From NCBI GenBank assembly GCA_965235115.1, contig OZ249446.1, positions 7,688,001 to 7,752,000 on the forward strand: a stretch of DNA of 64,000 nt, in the 5' to 3' direction. Of this stretch, positions 39,045-52,945 are shown in pieces (positions within the stretch are counted from its first letter, which is position 1; every line of letters starts with the position of its first letter). This DNA is from Laetmonice hystrix (lineage: Eukaryota). Under the pieces are notes generated by a model that was given only the letters and a program-made list of their open reading frames with translations, did not search any database and had not been told where the DNA came from. A program made the translations under genes and the position numbers.

Positions 39045-41163
39045 TTATATCGCCCTTATTGTAAGTAAACTTTTGAAAACAAAGCAGTACGAAGAGACGC
39101 GCGAAGCGGCTGTTCTTCATTTGGTGATTTTTGAATCTGAAAAAAAAAATGAAGCTGTCAATAATAAAACAAGGCATGCTGTTTAATCTATGGAAATCGC
39201 TGCCTTTATTAAACTGATTTATAAACTAAAAGTAGCAGGCAGGTGGCTGTCGATGCGCACGGGTTGTAAGCTTCCTTGGTCCATCCCGTCACTGTGGCTC
39301 GTCGTCTGTCTCCTAGTGTATCGGTTCAAGGCCCAGAGCGCTTTGTCTTCTCATCAAAGTTAAATGGTGTGTTCTTAGGCTCTCTCAGTATTACCTACCA
39401 CCACCTGCCGCAAATACATTTTGTCAAGTAAGCTTCCGTTTTTACGAAGACATTGGGATTCCATATTTAATGTCTTGTTCATGATATTTTTTTATTTATT
39501 TCGTGACACGGAATTGAAAGCGCCTAGCAATGTAATCCACCTTCCATTTCCCCGTTCTGGTATTTTCTCTAGCTTCAATATCACGCGTCGCCTGTCTCAG
39601 GTTCCGCGCGGACGATCGTTATCAGCGTGGTATTGGATTGGATGGTCATTTCTTCGTCTATATTTCTGATACACTTGAGAGAACTATCACTTTAAAGATC
39701 TAAAAAACATTAGAGCTGTTGTTTATCTTACAGCTGCTAGGGACAATTCAGTTTCATCACTGACGACTTGGCATGTTTAAGCAGTAAACCAAGACGGACG
39801 AGTAAAAGGCGGCGTTTGAAGCGTGATTAGCCATGTCGTGATGTTCTCTGAAAGCCAGTGCAGGTTTCAGTACGAGGTGTGCCCGGAGTGACGGAGAGTA
39901 GCTAGGACCGCCAGCCAAGTCTGTGTGCAATCAACATGCAGTCAGTTAGAATATCCGTACCGTCGGTATTTGCGTTACAATTCCCAATGTCTTGTATTGC
40001 AGTCTCTGCCCACTGAAGAGAAATGACAGTCCAAAGCTTCAGCTGTGTGTGTTGTAAATGTTTGATTATGTAGCTGGCGTGCTGTAAGGAAACGTTAGAC
40101 TTCGTGTAGCGTGGTTGTAATGGGGCTCAGAGTACAAGTGCTTCTCAAGTCTCTGTAGTTCATTTAATCCTAGTTGGTTTTAGATATCACAATCCTTAAG
40201 AATATGACACCATGCTTCCTAACTGAAAGGGATAATTTATTCTGCAGTGTCCTTTACTTATTTTGTTCCTCCTCAGTGTAATTCTATGCAGGGTATGAAA
40301 ATATTAGATGTATTTTCAACATACTAACTCTTCTATTGAATTACACAGAGATCCACTGTAGACATCTTCCAGAAGGCGAGAATACCCGCTGATAGTAGAG
40401 TTACCTTCGCTCTTCCTCTTCTCTATCTGACCACTATAACATGACGATGTATATAAATATCATGCTGTCTAATTATCCTCAGTAATGAGAAGGACATGGT
40501 TTCTTTATTCAGTAGTTCACCCTCTCATCGATAGAGATATAGACGTTACACATATATGTTCTTTCATTTCCTAGTATACATTGCATTAGATCTATAGAGG
40601 TTCTGCCATGACGGGACGCGAGAAACATTAATTAAGAGAGTTCACAGAACGACATCAGGAAATGAAAACGGCATGAAAGACATCAAGACACATGTCAAGA
40701 TGTCAGGTTTCACAGCCTGTTGATTCTCCACGGAAATAAAGAAACAGTCGCCTGAAACTAATTAAGAACTCAACATCACGAACACAATGATGCCAGTGCC
40801 TCCGTTAGGCCTGCTGAACATTTCATGAACGACCGACTAGACTTGGGAGTGGTTCGAGGCAGGCCGACATGAAGTCCCATATTGAGTTCGAACCATACAC
40901 CGCCCCGCAGCTGCTTCAGGCTGTCATTCAGTATAGCAGCGAGACAATGAGTTTTTATGCTATGAAATTCATAAAGGCCGTTTTTCTTCACCCATGCTTG
41001 TCACCTATTGTTCTGCTCCTCGCCCATTGAAGTTTCTATATTGTCGCACCCGTTGTAAATCACCTAGGACACTTGTATTAAATTATAAATTCTTTAAACC
41101 GTGTATAGGTTAATTTACAATGAGGTATAACAGTATCTACTTGTAGTATGATCAGTATGGAGA

Positions 41164-41571
41164 CATGCGGTGCTATGGCCGACATATTGCGGGGAGAATA
41201 TACAAGACGTTAAAAGGATGCTCTGGGTCAGGTCTGTGGACCGTCATATTTCAGGATCTAGAGAATGGGGATGTCGCTTACAGGTAAACAGTGTCAGAGA
41301 ATGGAAGCGGCAGTTTGAGGGCAAGTAAAGCCACCCAACTGAGGGTGTTAACAGTAGTGTGGGTCTGAGCTTCAGTAATCAGCGGGACGACTCTAATGTA
41401 GTAATGGTGTTCTGCTGTAACAGTGTTCTTGAATCATTAGCGGTTCACCATCACAGCGCCAGGGGAGTTGGGCAAGTCGAACGCTCTGTAGTCTTGGATA
41501 CTCTGGTGTCTGTTCAGGCTTAGATAAAGCATACGTCAGTTTACCAAACACACTGCAGGCCTGGCCAGACT
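41164..41571 (-). mobile_element. Decayed RTE-clade LINE remnant (post-RT region)
   Basis: Minus strand, in order: SLARACSVFGKL (cf. RIAKASxAFGRL), SLN...YRAFDLP (cf. SLxTK..YRAxVLP), later VGH..RM-like codons (cf. WxGHVxRM). Confidence 0.45.
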
Positions 41572-44287
41572 GGTGAGGGAGTGGTTGCCTTACGTTCAGT
41601 TGTTTGGAACGAATATCACTTGTTCAGTCAATTTCCCTCTGCACGATGTGAAATATTACCATTCTATTTCACAGAGATTTAGAAATGGATAACTCCGCTA
41701 TGACAATGATGAAGATATGGCTGGATCTTAATCAAGGAAAAAGTAATTTTTATGAGGACCTTGTCTTCTTGCAAGGGTTGTTGAACATTGCGAGATAAAC
41801 TACTTTTCGTTAAAGTATGATGGCCGACTTACTCAGCCATATTCTGTCCCGGATTTTATCACAGGGGAGTGAGGATAAGTTGTAAAACCAGCGGGGGAGT
41901 GGTTCTCTCCAACTAGAATCAAAGAGAGATAGATTTCACAGACCGACAACAATAAGGTAAATCGTTGAGAATGTTAACACAATGCCCACCTGGTCCTACC
42001 AGATCACACCACCACAGTGTTGTCTTTAGATGGCTTCCTCAGCCGCTTCAATAAAAGGAAGCACGGCGTGACAAAAGGCAGTCGACGATGGAGTATATAT
42101 AGCGGCATGAAGACAGAAAGTCCGTTAGTTCCGACAAGTTGCCGTGATAAATCAGAGAGTAGAATCGATACAGGCCGGCGGCGGCCAGGAACCATCCCGA
42201 TATTGATGCCGTGTGTGCCCGCCGACCATCGAGCCTGTAAGTCTTTGTGAGACACATGAGTATAACGACGCCTCTTCCTGTTGAAAGATGAATTGACAGA
42301 AAAAGTCCCCACTGAGCCTCCTGCCAAACGGAACCGTCAGATTTGTGCCTGCTGTCAAATATACCGGCAGTGCCGCCCGGGGCCCGTTTGGAAGCAGTAG
42401 CCCGACCTGCCCCGATGGGACTGCCATTTTCAGGGACACGGAGCCCACAAGCTTGGAGGGTTTAAGTAACTGTGTGTGATTTGTAGGACGTGAATAAGTG
42501 CATTACCTCCCAGATGAAGTGCCCTCTACAACCCAGGCTCCACTCTAAAGGCCACGGGTATAAAATACCAAAGGGTTCACAAGTCTGACTAGTTGAAAGT
42601 TGACTAGTATGGTTGAAATGTTACGTATATTTTGTTCTCCCCCTTTTTTTTTGCCGGATAAAAAGAAACATCCACACAATGAGGTAACAAATTGCCTCCG
42701 TGTATTTAAGGACTTGGTGAACCCTGAGGGTAGGGTTGGGATGATTGATAGGGAAGGGTTTTACTTACAACCCCATGGGTGTGGTTATTAACGCTGAACC
42801 CAGGTCTAGTCCTCTCCCCACAGGTAGCATTTCTTTAAGACGATCAGAATGGGCCAGAATGGAGACTGTTGGAAGAGGATTACCGATATGTGACGGTTAA
42901 CGGTCGGAACCCCCCTCTGCCTGATACGTCATCATCCAGGGGAATTACCCGGTGCGTTCTGAAGTATCCTCCTCCAGCTCAATGTGTATCTATGGCAATG
43001 GTATCCTGGAGCTGTCGGTTCGGATCACACATCAGATACATCATCCAGCCAACCTGTCATAATTGGACGCTTCAGTTCAGCCTCGTTTCTATAGACAAAT
43101 ATTTCATAGGCGCTAAATGTAATTACCCGTCTCTCTCCAAGACTATGTATAGAGATCTAGGTTAAAGACTGCGTCGGATTGAGAAATACACTGCCAGCTG
43201 AGACAGAGAATATTGGACGTCAGAACGGAGACCAGTCCTTTACAGATATCTATATATGGAATCCCTGGTGGCGATCTTAGTGGAAGCCTTGCCGCTATGG
43301 GCTGTGATTGTGGTAAACCCAGAGCCCCTTAATGCCCCAAGTCGTTGCGCCATTACCATGTCAATTCAACCCCCACCCCGCTCCCGACGACTTTATGTCG
43401 ACAAGATGGATGGCGGGCGGGGACCACTGGCGCACGCTGCCATTGGTCATCAGCACCTTTGTCTGGCTGGCTCGGAGGTGCCCTGATCAAGGCTCCTCTG
43501 GCACGGCGCCTCCCTTTCTCTTCTCCTCTCCCTTCTTCTCCTTCTTCGGCTACTCCCTGGCGAGGAGAAAGCTCTTGCTGTGTCAGGAAGTGGTGGGTTG
43601 TCTGATGTGTGCCAGCGGCACGCATGGTTCCATCCTCCAGGATCATTACACCACTCGGTCCAAGCGAAGGCCTTGAGCTCCTTCATCCTCTCCCATACAG
43701 GCCAACAGTCCATGGGGAGTTCTTTGGGGATCACATTATAATATTACATAACGCACTACAGAAGCAACTATATTTAGATATCCTGTTGTATCAACGAGGA
43801 TGAAGCAGTAATTCAGAGATGGTAGAAATTCAATGGTATTATTATTGTGGTAGATCTTAGAAAGAGATACTTACATTTCCATTGTGTACCTTTGTGCAAA
43901 AACAATGTTGAATTGAGATATCTAAATCAATATCCTGCATGGAGCGATTCATAGAAGTTTTAAAGATAGAAGCATTGCTTTCAGAAGGGAAGACACAAGC
44001 ATAGTCGAGGAAGCTTTATTGGTTTTGGACCCACAACTCGGGTAAGACCGTAAGAGATATATAGATCTCCTGTGTTTGTCTCAAGCTTGTATTGGCTTGA
44101 TCTGACCTTTAGCATCAGGACGAATGAAGGCAGGGCGGTGTATTGACTTGGAGACTTTCTCAGCATTACCTCAGAGGACAGTCCATTGATGTCGGCGGGA
44201 CAGGTCGGGCTGAGCAAGAAACCATCAACAAATCTACCGCTCCCCACTCGGAGGATTGCCTCGGCGTGTCCCATTGGACCATGTGCA

Positions 44288-44982
44288 CCGGAGGGACTAG
44301 GAATACCCGCCTACATAAAACTCCGCATACTTTATTATACAACCATCGGAGGGACTAGGAATACCAGCCTACATAAAACTCCGCATACTTTATTGTACAA
44401 CAACCGGAAGGACTAGGAATACCCGCCTACATCAAACTCCGCATACTTTATTGTACAAAAACCGGAAGGACTAGGAATACCCGCCTACATAAAACTCTGC
44501 ATACTTTATTGTACAACAACCGGAGGGACTAGGAATACCCGCCTACATCAAACTCCGCATACTTTATTGTACAACAACCGGAAGGACTAGGAATACCCGC
44601 CTACATCAAACTCCGCATACTTTATTGTACAAAAACCGGAAGGACTAGGAATACCCGCCTACATAAAACTCTGCATACTTTATTGTACAACAACCGGAGG
44701 GACTAGGAATACCCGCCTACATCAAACTCCGCATACTTTATTGTACAAAAACCGGAAGGACTAGGAATACCCGCCTACATCAAACTCCGCATACTTTATT
44801 GTACAACAACCGGAGGGACTAGGAATACCCGCCTACATCAAACTCTGCATACTTTATTGTACAACAACCGGAGGGACTAGGAATACCCGCCTACATAAAA
44901 CTCTGCATACTTTATTGTACAACAACCATAGGGACTAGGAATACTCGCCTACATAAAACTCCGCATACTTTATTGTACAACA
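44288..44982. repeat. Minisatellite, 58-bp unit x12
   Basis: Unit cggagggactaggaatacccgcctacataaaactccgcatactttattgtacaacaac, period 58. Confidence 0.97.
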
Positions 44983-45622
44983 GTCTTCCGTATTCATTTT
45001 ATCTATAGGTCACTGCAGGTTTATAGATTTGAAGAGTAGCAGTAATTACTTAGGTCTTAACTCTTTAGGTTAGCGTTGTCTGGGGTCCGGATGGGGTGCT
45101 AGTAGTTTTATCTTACCATGCCAAGGTGGTCGGTTAAAACTATGGGTTTCCAGTTCTCTTTACCCGGGCGAGTAGTTCTGAGTTGTGCTGAGGTTGTGGC
45201 TGAAGGCAGGAAGGTGAACCAGAAACATAGTTGTAGGTGTTGTGTGCGATCCGAACAGGTCGTGCGTCAATAAATCAAGGACGTGGTACTGAGTATCATG
45301 AAAACAGGCAGAGATGTTCGGTTACATCGGGAGAATGGCACTGATTACCGTGTTCGCCATCACCCTCCCACTTTGCAAGGTCTTTAGTATAGCGGGTCTT
45401 CATAAGAGTATACATGTACGTGTATTGTGTGGAGGCCAGAGTGTTTGGAACACATACATGTATAAAATAAGATGGGTAAGCAAAATTTAGATGGAGTAGT
45501 GTGCTTTCATGCTAAGTACACAAACATTTCACAATGACAGGAAGCGTCCGTTACCACCAACTACCTTTATTGTCGTTGCGTGTGTGGGGATGTGGTGCCT
45601 GTGGCCCCCATCGATGACCGTC

Positions 45623-45878
45623 GGTGGACTCAGTGGGGACAGAGCACCCCTATTGTTTGGTGGACTCAGTGGGGACAGAGCACCCCTATTGTTTGGTGGA
45701 CTCAGTGGGGACAGAGCACCCCTATTGTTTGGTGGACTCAGTAGGGACAGAGCACCCCTATTGTTTGGTGGACTCAGTGGTGACAGAGCACCCCTATTGT
45801 TTGGTGGACTCAGTGGGGACAGAGCACCCCTATTGTTTGGTGGACTCAGTGGGGACAGAGCACCCCTATTGTTTGGTG
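45623..45878. repeat. Minisatellite, 36-bp unit x7
   Basis: Unit ggtggactcagtggggacagagcacccctattgttt. Explains ORFs 45509-45892 and 45624-45950. Confidence 0.97.
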
Positions 45879-46586
45879 TATGTGTGCGTTAGGACTTTGG
45901 ATACCGAACAATTATCTTCCCGGTTTGACAAAGAGCTCGGCTTAATGTGATCTCTTCGAGGTGTACATCAATGAATCCTGTCATTGAAAACTGGTGGAGC
46001 TTAAAGGTTACTCTGTCATAACCCATCTTCATATGTTGTCAATTACTGTAAATACTGGGAAATATGAGCCACCTTTGAGGCTTTAGCAATCTCAGGTCCT
46101 TTGTGTTCGCTACATTTATTATCAGATTTTCAACAAGAAAACTGCCAACAACGTCACAGACTGTTGTGTCCCGCCAGAGACAACTTAATCAAGCGGGTCC
46201 TTGTGAAAAGCATCCTGGGATATCCTGCTCTATAAAGCAAATAATTTGCTCTCAACGGGAGTGGAAGGTTTGAGGAATGGATGGGGGTCCTTCTCCACCC
46301 GCTTCAATGATCGTCATTACCGAAGTGCTCGGCTATATAAACCTGTGACCTTTGGGCCCCACAACATGGACACTAAATCACTGCCACATACCGATCCATG
46401 GGCACAGAGCTATTATTCAGGTTCAGGGGCACAGACGCGTGTGCCCTAGCTGCCTGCTATGATGGATACTAAATCAAATATGCATGCCTCGTCATGGCTG
46501 CAGTGCCATTATTCAGGTTCAGGGGACGCGTTGGCAGAAAGGGTGTTTGGAGAAAACAATACCTCCTAAATCAGACGGCCACGGAG

Positions 46587-47018
46587 GGGCGCCCGTGATG
46601 ATGACACCACTGTTTGTCTTGTTCTCAAAGCGCCTGCCTAAGTGACCTCCACCTTCCATTATCGGGCTAGTAAATCTGGAAACGCTTGGAGCTGAAGGAT
46701 CCTCCCCGCAATTGAAAGAAAAGGTGCTAGCAGAATAATACAACCTTCGGGACGGTTTGGGAAGAGATATCTCTCAAGGGAATTAAACCTACATGTGTCC
46801 TCGTTATTCTAGAGAGAGGATACAAATCTTTATATGATGGTCACGGTGCCAAGTAACCTATTAACCCGTTGATCCCAGGCGTCTACGTGTGCATGCATAA
46901 ATATGTACAAAGCTGCACCGCATCCAATACATCGGATTTGTCCATGTTTATGACAGTTCTATGTTATAGGGTCTTACGTTGTATTGACCTCGCCTTACAT
47001 AGTTGAGATGGCAGGCAA
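46587..47018 (-). mobile_element. Decayed LINE APE remnant, L2/Rex/CR1-like
   Basis: Minus strand, in order: LPSQLCKARSIQRK (cf. LPSxLLxNARSIxNK), a DNGR/GG-type motif (cf. DR..GRGGGV), VIITGA (cf. IIITGDFN). Confidence 0.35.
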
Positions 47019-48494
47019 GACAGCGAGGAAAAGGAGATGTTTTTTAAAGGAATTCTATGAAAAATACAACACTTTTTTTCAGGAAGTATTTTAACCAGGC
47101 GACCACAGGACATAGCGAGGACTGAGTTTGGCTTGATAACTGCTGTCCCAGTCTGTGTGTCGGGCGAGTGACAGGACTTGCTGGTAGGCAGCCAAAGAAG
47201 CGGAAAGTCAAGCGATAGAAGTGTCCGGATATAACCACTCTGCACATGCGCAGTCACCGGAAGGGTTCTTCCGAGTTTGCTGTTCGTCCCTCGGTCGCGC
47301 CACCTGCCGGACGTTCCCACAGCCTGCAGATCTCGTTAGCTCTCGCGATATGACAAGGTTGACAGGATTATCCAGTCACTGATAGCTCCCCAAAGCTCGA
47401 CCCGAGGTCGTCTGCTAATGATCCAACCAGCTTGAAAACTCGGCGCGCCCTATAAAGTCACAAATATAGTCTTATTGTACCAAGGTTGAACACTGCGACC
47501 GAGGTAAAGGAAAATGATGAAAGCCGACATAGATTGTTTATGTGATAGGTTTAGTCTGTGAGGATTACCTTGAGTTGATGGATTAGTGATTGCTGTGTTT
47601 GTGTAAGCTATCAAGACAAATTCATGAAGTAACTTCCATGATTACACCTGATTCATTTTCACCGACATCCACAACCTGCGGACCGCCTTGGGAGACAGAC
47701 TACTGTTACAGGCACACACTTTCATACAAGACACTGTGTTAAGGGGATTTCCCGAACAACACGGACGTAATTTGTCTGCAGACACATGAAGGAAGGTTCG
47801 AGGTTCACTGGAAGACCTCATTGTTTCCCTGATTGGGAGGTAGATGAAATCAATGCCCCTAGATTGTTATCGTCTTTGAGGTGTTCCCTGTGTCGCTGGT
47901 GAAGCGGCAGACCTCGCCTTGTCCACATTGGGTCGCCGTGGTTCCTGGGGGCAGGGAGGGGGTCCTGGCGGCCAAAGAGACTGCCCACGGCCCGTCCGGA
48001 CCTGTCAAGTCCAACTTGACTCTTATTGTAACCCCAAGACACACCTTCCCACCCACCCCCGGGAGAAACGCTGCCGTGCTGCATGCGTGCCGTTACCCAC
48101 GTCATTAGCCAGACTATCGCCCACGCCATTACCCATGCCATTACCCGCTAAATGGCATCCTTGTGAAGGAGCCGAGGTGAGTTGGACTGGGAGTGTGGCC
48201 ACACCTGTGGAGGGGGGATCAGTACACAAGTGGACCCCTTGACCCTGGTCGGTGGGCCGCTCCAGGCAAACATCGCCTGATCGGGCCCGCCATTCCTGGC
48301 CGATCAATAGGTTACCGCTCGGCTGGTCCTTATTGAGTTTGTACCGTCAGAGGTTGGGGTAACTAAGTGGGGTGAAATTGTAAGGTTGGCTGCATGTTTG
48401 GGGAAGACGTTGTCGGGCTCAGTGATAAACTTCTAGCCTTGTTGGAGTTTCCATAGTGGTTAACTGTCTTAAAAGCGCGATGTTTGTAAAATAT

Positions 48495-48597
48495 GATATG
48501 TCCGAACGGCTTGTTATGTCCGACAGGAGATATGTCCGCAAACAGGAGCTAGATGTGTCCGGAGAAATTGATATGTCCGCAGATATCAGCTAGATGT
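48495..48597. repeat. 41-bp-period motif cluster (gatatgtccg...gctagatgt)
   Basis: gatatgtccg at 48495, 48529 and 48570. A related cluster lies at 49391-49460. Confidence 0.7.
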
Positions 48598-49339
48598 AAA
48601 CTGCCGGTCTCGCTCAGCCTTGGAATATCCATTTTAATACATCGTTGAAACTAGAAGAAAAAACTGGGACTTTTGGAAAGTTAACATGGTTTAACAACTA
48701 AAAAATCAGGGATTGGTCTGACTATCCAGGGTCCATGTCCTAACGTTCGTATCTGGCGTCTGGAGACACACGATAGCCCATTGAGAGTCAACTGGTTTGG
48801 AACCTTGCCGCAGATTGATCACACTGACGGGGTACGGGTTCTATTTCTAGAACCCTTTAGAAGAGTTGTCCACGGATCTTCGAGTTTCACCCTCACCTCT
48901 CCCTCGTGGACACCAACCGAGCCGAACTCTTCGTACTGTCAGGTTTTCAACAGCGTCTGTTTCCAGACTACGACCGAACGTGGAGACCCGAGTCTCGCCT
49001 TTCCTAGACAGTTTACAGTGTTACTAATTGCTTTATATACACACCCTGTTTGTCTGGTACCACAGAACAGGTGTGAAAGACACAGCACACGGGTTGATCA
49101 CGATATTAAACTATATCTCAGCGAAGTCACAAACCTTAAGGTAGTGCACGTTGTAGGTAAACATTTAAGCATACTTTTAAAATCCATTTGGTCTTGATTC
49201 TTAACATTTGGTTTAGTGAAAATCAAAGAAACTTGTATACATCCAGGCAACAACGACTCATGCCAACGGCCTATAGACGAAAGTGACACCAAGCGTCAAT
49301 ATCCACATTGCAGGTATTGGTGGTATCTGTGATGGATGC

Positions 49340-49352
49340 TGCCCTCTGGTGG
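49340..49352 (-). promoter_or_regulatory. CTCF core-consensus match
   Basis: tgccctctggtgg is the reverse complement of CCACCAGAGGGCA. Similar matches at 6470-6481, 8216-8228, 14147-14159 and 62949-62962. Binding not shown. Confidence 0.3.
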
Positions 49353-49390
49353 TCAGTTTTATATAGGCCCAATCCAGACGATAATCCGCG

Positions 49391-49460
49391 GATATGTCCA
49401 CAAATGTCAGCTAAATGTGTCCGGTAATCCGGATATGTCCAGAAATGTCAGCTAAATGTG
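49391..49460. repeat. 41-bp tandem dimer related to 48529-48597
   Basis: gatatgtcca(c/g)aaatgtcagctaaatgtg at 49391 and 49432. Confidence 0.8.
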
Positions 49461-50374
49461 CATAAAGAACCAAAAACATTGATGTGTTATTGTGATGTGT
49501 ACAGAGCCATGAATCGCTTTCCGTTACACTCAAGTTTGAAGGGTTAATGATTGTCTATCAAATATTCTATAATAGAGTTAAAGTAATCCCTTAATGCTCC
49601 CAACGGATTCCAAACAAGAAAAAACAAGGAGCTTGATTCGACGTTCCTAGATTTATGCACTTTCCTAATCATGGTTTCTATTTTCAGGTAAGAATCCAAT
49701 GGTTTTCACACTGAATCATGCTGTTTGAGGTAAGCAATTATTGTAACGGTTATGACAAAGAGGCAAGGGAGGGGGAATTACCAACAACCCCAACAGTAAA
49801 AGTACATATATGGGAAATATTTTTCCATTCTCCAGTTAAAATGGTTTATTAGCAATTCTGCAGTTGCTTTTATGATGGTGTCAGACTGTTACTGCTATTA
49901 ATGGCACATATAGGAAGCTTTCCCTCTATGTATTGTGTAGAGAAAGGGACTGTACGTTTCAATCTATACATATTCAAGGTAAAACAGTCAGTATATCTGC
50001 AGTTTACATTAAAGGGCTTTTAACAAACAGTACAGAACTGAAAACACTCGACCACCAGGCTATACTCGACATACAAAACCACCGATATAGTCCTTAATGT
50101 TCACCGTTTATGTGATCACGGACGAAATTGTGATGTATTCGCAAATGGATCCGCAGACAGTACTTGTAAATGGCCGACCACTAGGCTCATTTAGTGGAGC
50201 CCCCCCCCCCCCTCCCCAACAAGTCTTAATGTTGCCCAGATAGTGGTCATAGTAAGGATCGGTTATCTCAGTGGAAGTCCATTCAGAGGGATCTTTTCTC
50301 TCAAATCCCCGGCTAGCTCCGTATATTGACATATCAAAACAAAGCTTTTCATGATCAGCTTGAGCGCTGTTGGG

Positions 50375-50680
50375 CTTTGGTGGAGAGTAAATAGCCAGGG
50401 AGGCTAAAACCGTGGCTTTATTCCCTATGCTCTTAGCAATACATACAGCGACTTTGTCGGCTTCCAGTCGAGGTACCCAATGGGAAGGCATGGGACAATA
50501 AGACCTCCCCACCCAGCCATTGCCAGAAATGTCACAAAGACTGCTCCCCGGACGGGGGGCTGATTTCTGTTGCTTCATGTGGCTTGTTGTTTAGGCCTCC
50601 CGTCACCAGAGGTCGCTGTGAGAGGTAGTTCCACTGAGCTCTGAGTTGATGATTGACATTGGGAGGTAGTCGGAGGTAAG
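50375..50680 (-). mobile_element. Decayed LINE APE remnant
   Basis: Minus strand: LVTGGLN (cf. ITETWLN), WLGGEVLL (cf. RGGGVLL), then VAVCI...VLASLAIYSPP (cf. LxVxIYRPP). Frameshifted. Confidence 0.35.
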
Positions 50681-51607
50681 ATGGTTGGACGTGGGCCGGT
50701 TAAAGAGTACGGGTTAGAGCAGTAGGTCCTTTACTCCCCAGGACATAGTGCAGACGTCAGTGATAATCCAATCGGCCGTACCATTTGTCTGATCCAATCT
50801 GTCGCCCCTAAGGCATTCCTAGACACATAGATGTGGCACTCTAGTGAGACCCACCATGTGGGACCAATGCCAACATGGTCTGCTAACATGGTCTGCCACT
50901 CCTGGCCAGGATAGCCGTTCAACATGTTAAAGTGGGATACAGGTGTACTCAAACTGTTGTACTCTTTAAAACGTGAAGCAAGTTTCCATTGAAGGCAAAC
51001 TTCTGTTATTTTTGTATGGTAAGTTAACCCCATGACATGAATAAAACACCAGGAAAACTACATTAAGGATGAATCCGCCTTGGCGTTATATCCTTCATGA
51101 ACGTCAGGCCGTCGCTCCATGTTTATTAAGTCAGAATGAACCATTTTTGTATTGTGTATTATAAATATAGAATACAAAAACGGTGTATTTCATCTCATGT
51201 CATGTGTATTTATTGCGGAACAATTTCCTTTCATAATTGGAGGTAGCATTTGGGTTAATTGTTACCGCCATATGCCATTATAAGAAACGGTTGTGATGGC
51301 GAGAGATTCCACAGTCAGCGAGCAAAGACAGAAAAAATAATAATCCGAAAAAAAGAAAATACATGAAGGACTATCTTACCTCCAGATTTGTATATTTACT
51401 GCAATGCTGTTGAGAGTTTAACACACTCTCTGGTTTAACCATCATTTAACGTGATGTCCACATGCCCCACTGGCCCAGTAAGGATGCTAAGTGTTATATT
51501 TGGGTCTTGATGAATATGAGGAGACCGATATGACGACTCCATGGACGCCCCTACATCTGATCCCTCTATTACCCTCTCTACCATGGAGCAATCGAGAACG
51601 CAATCCT

Positions 51608-51729
51608 CCAGCTCTCAACGGGGATTTCAGGGTCAGTACTGGAGCAGGTAGTTTCTCCAGGAGGGACGCCAGCTCTCAACGGGGATTTCAGGGTCAGTAC
51701 TGGAGTCTGTAGTATCTCCAGGAGGGACG
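51608..51729. repeat. Tandem duplication, 61-bp unit x2
   Basis: ccagctctcaacggggatttcagggtcagtactggag...ctccaggagggacg at 51608 and 51669. Confidence 0.93.
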
Positions 51730-52945
51730 CACAAGGCATGGCAGCACGACATCTTCCAATCATTCTGCTCCATCCATGATTTCACCAGAAGTTCCCTAGG
51801 ATTACTCGAGATAATATTACTTATCTCTAAGATTTGCAGTGGATATCAATGTCGTGTAAGGTCCCAAATGTATTCTGTCCTTATTTATTTTCCGTACTAT
51901 ATCTATTTTGGGATGGATGTTAGATTTTAGAATAGTTATTAAAAGGTGCGTTTCCGAGCAGTTAACGAATTGTACAAAAATCCATAAGATTCTGGACATT
52001 GTGGTTTGGCATTAATCAGAGAGTTACACTGGTGTTGTTTGTGCTGGAAATAATATTCAGTATACCGGTGTCGTGTGCGGAGACAGGGTACGAGTGTAGG
52101 GAAAGAGTACGACGTCATGTGGTCTCCAGGGTAACGATCAGACCGTGCTCTGAGCCACCGGAACCGGAACACTGACCTCCAAGGGACCACACTCCGCCCT
52201 GGGCCAAGGTCATCTCGTCCGCCTATTGTGCTTCTGTTCATTATTCAAACAACCCATGGGGAAGATCCGGGGGTCATTCATCTGTCATTTGTCATACAAA
52301 ACTTGTTCAGGTAGGGTTAACAAATGCATTAGTCCTTCCCGCTGAGGAGTGGTGTGAGTACAGGGGGGGGGGGGTTGTAAACGTCCTGCGGTATGGAGCT
52401 GTTACTATACATTACGTGAGTCAGGCCAGCTTCGGACACCCGTGGGAACCGTCCGGGACCAGGGGCGTTTTACTAAGCTAAAAGATGTAGCTGATATAGA
52501 AACTGTCTCTGACCCAAATACTTCATCTTCCTTGGCCACGTCGTGCGTCACTTGAGTCTCTTCTGCCCACACTAAATTAACAATGTCACCAAGCGCACAA
52601 TTCAAAGATTTTGGAAAGGTGACACAAATTGATCTATTACTTGGAAGGTGTAATGTTGAACCTAACCTGAGAAATACTGAACAATTTACCCCAAAGGCAA
52701 ACCTTAGTCTAATAATATTTATTTACATACGTGACAGGTATGCGTATCTTTTAATCAAACATAAGACAGGTTCCAAAACTATTCCTGACCCAGAAAATAC
52801 ATGACAGTCTGTGCTATAGACAATGATTGAATATGATGTCCTCGTCAACCCGTATGTACCATTAACACAGCAGGCGCCGAATATGATCAGAACTGATTTA
52901 CAAAGTAAATGTCACATGTAGCAGTAACACAGTGCAGTGTAATCA

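Noticed and set aside
41442-41455. 14-bp identity (ggttcaccatcaca) with the 22-bp satellite
   Set aside because: Given the number of distinct repeat-unit words in the window, one 14-mer match is plausible by chance.
49689-49730. Coding micro-exon between ttttcag and GAG|GTAAGC
   Set aside because: All three frames contain stops, and the acceptor coincides with a donor-like sequence.
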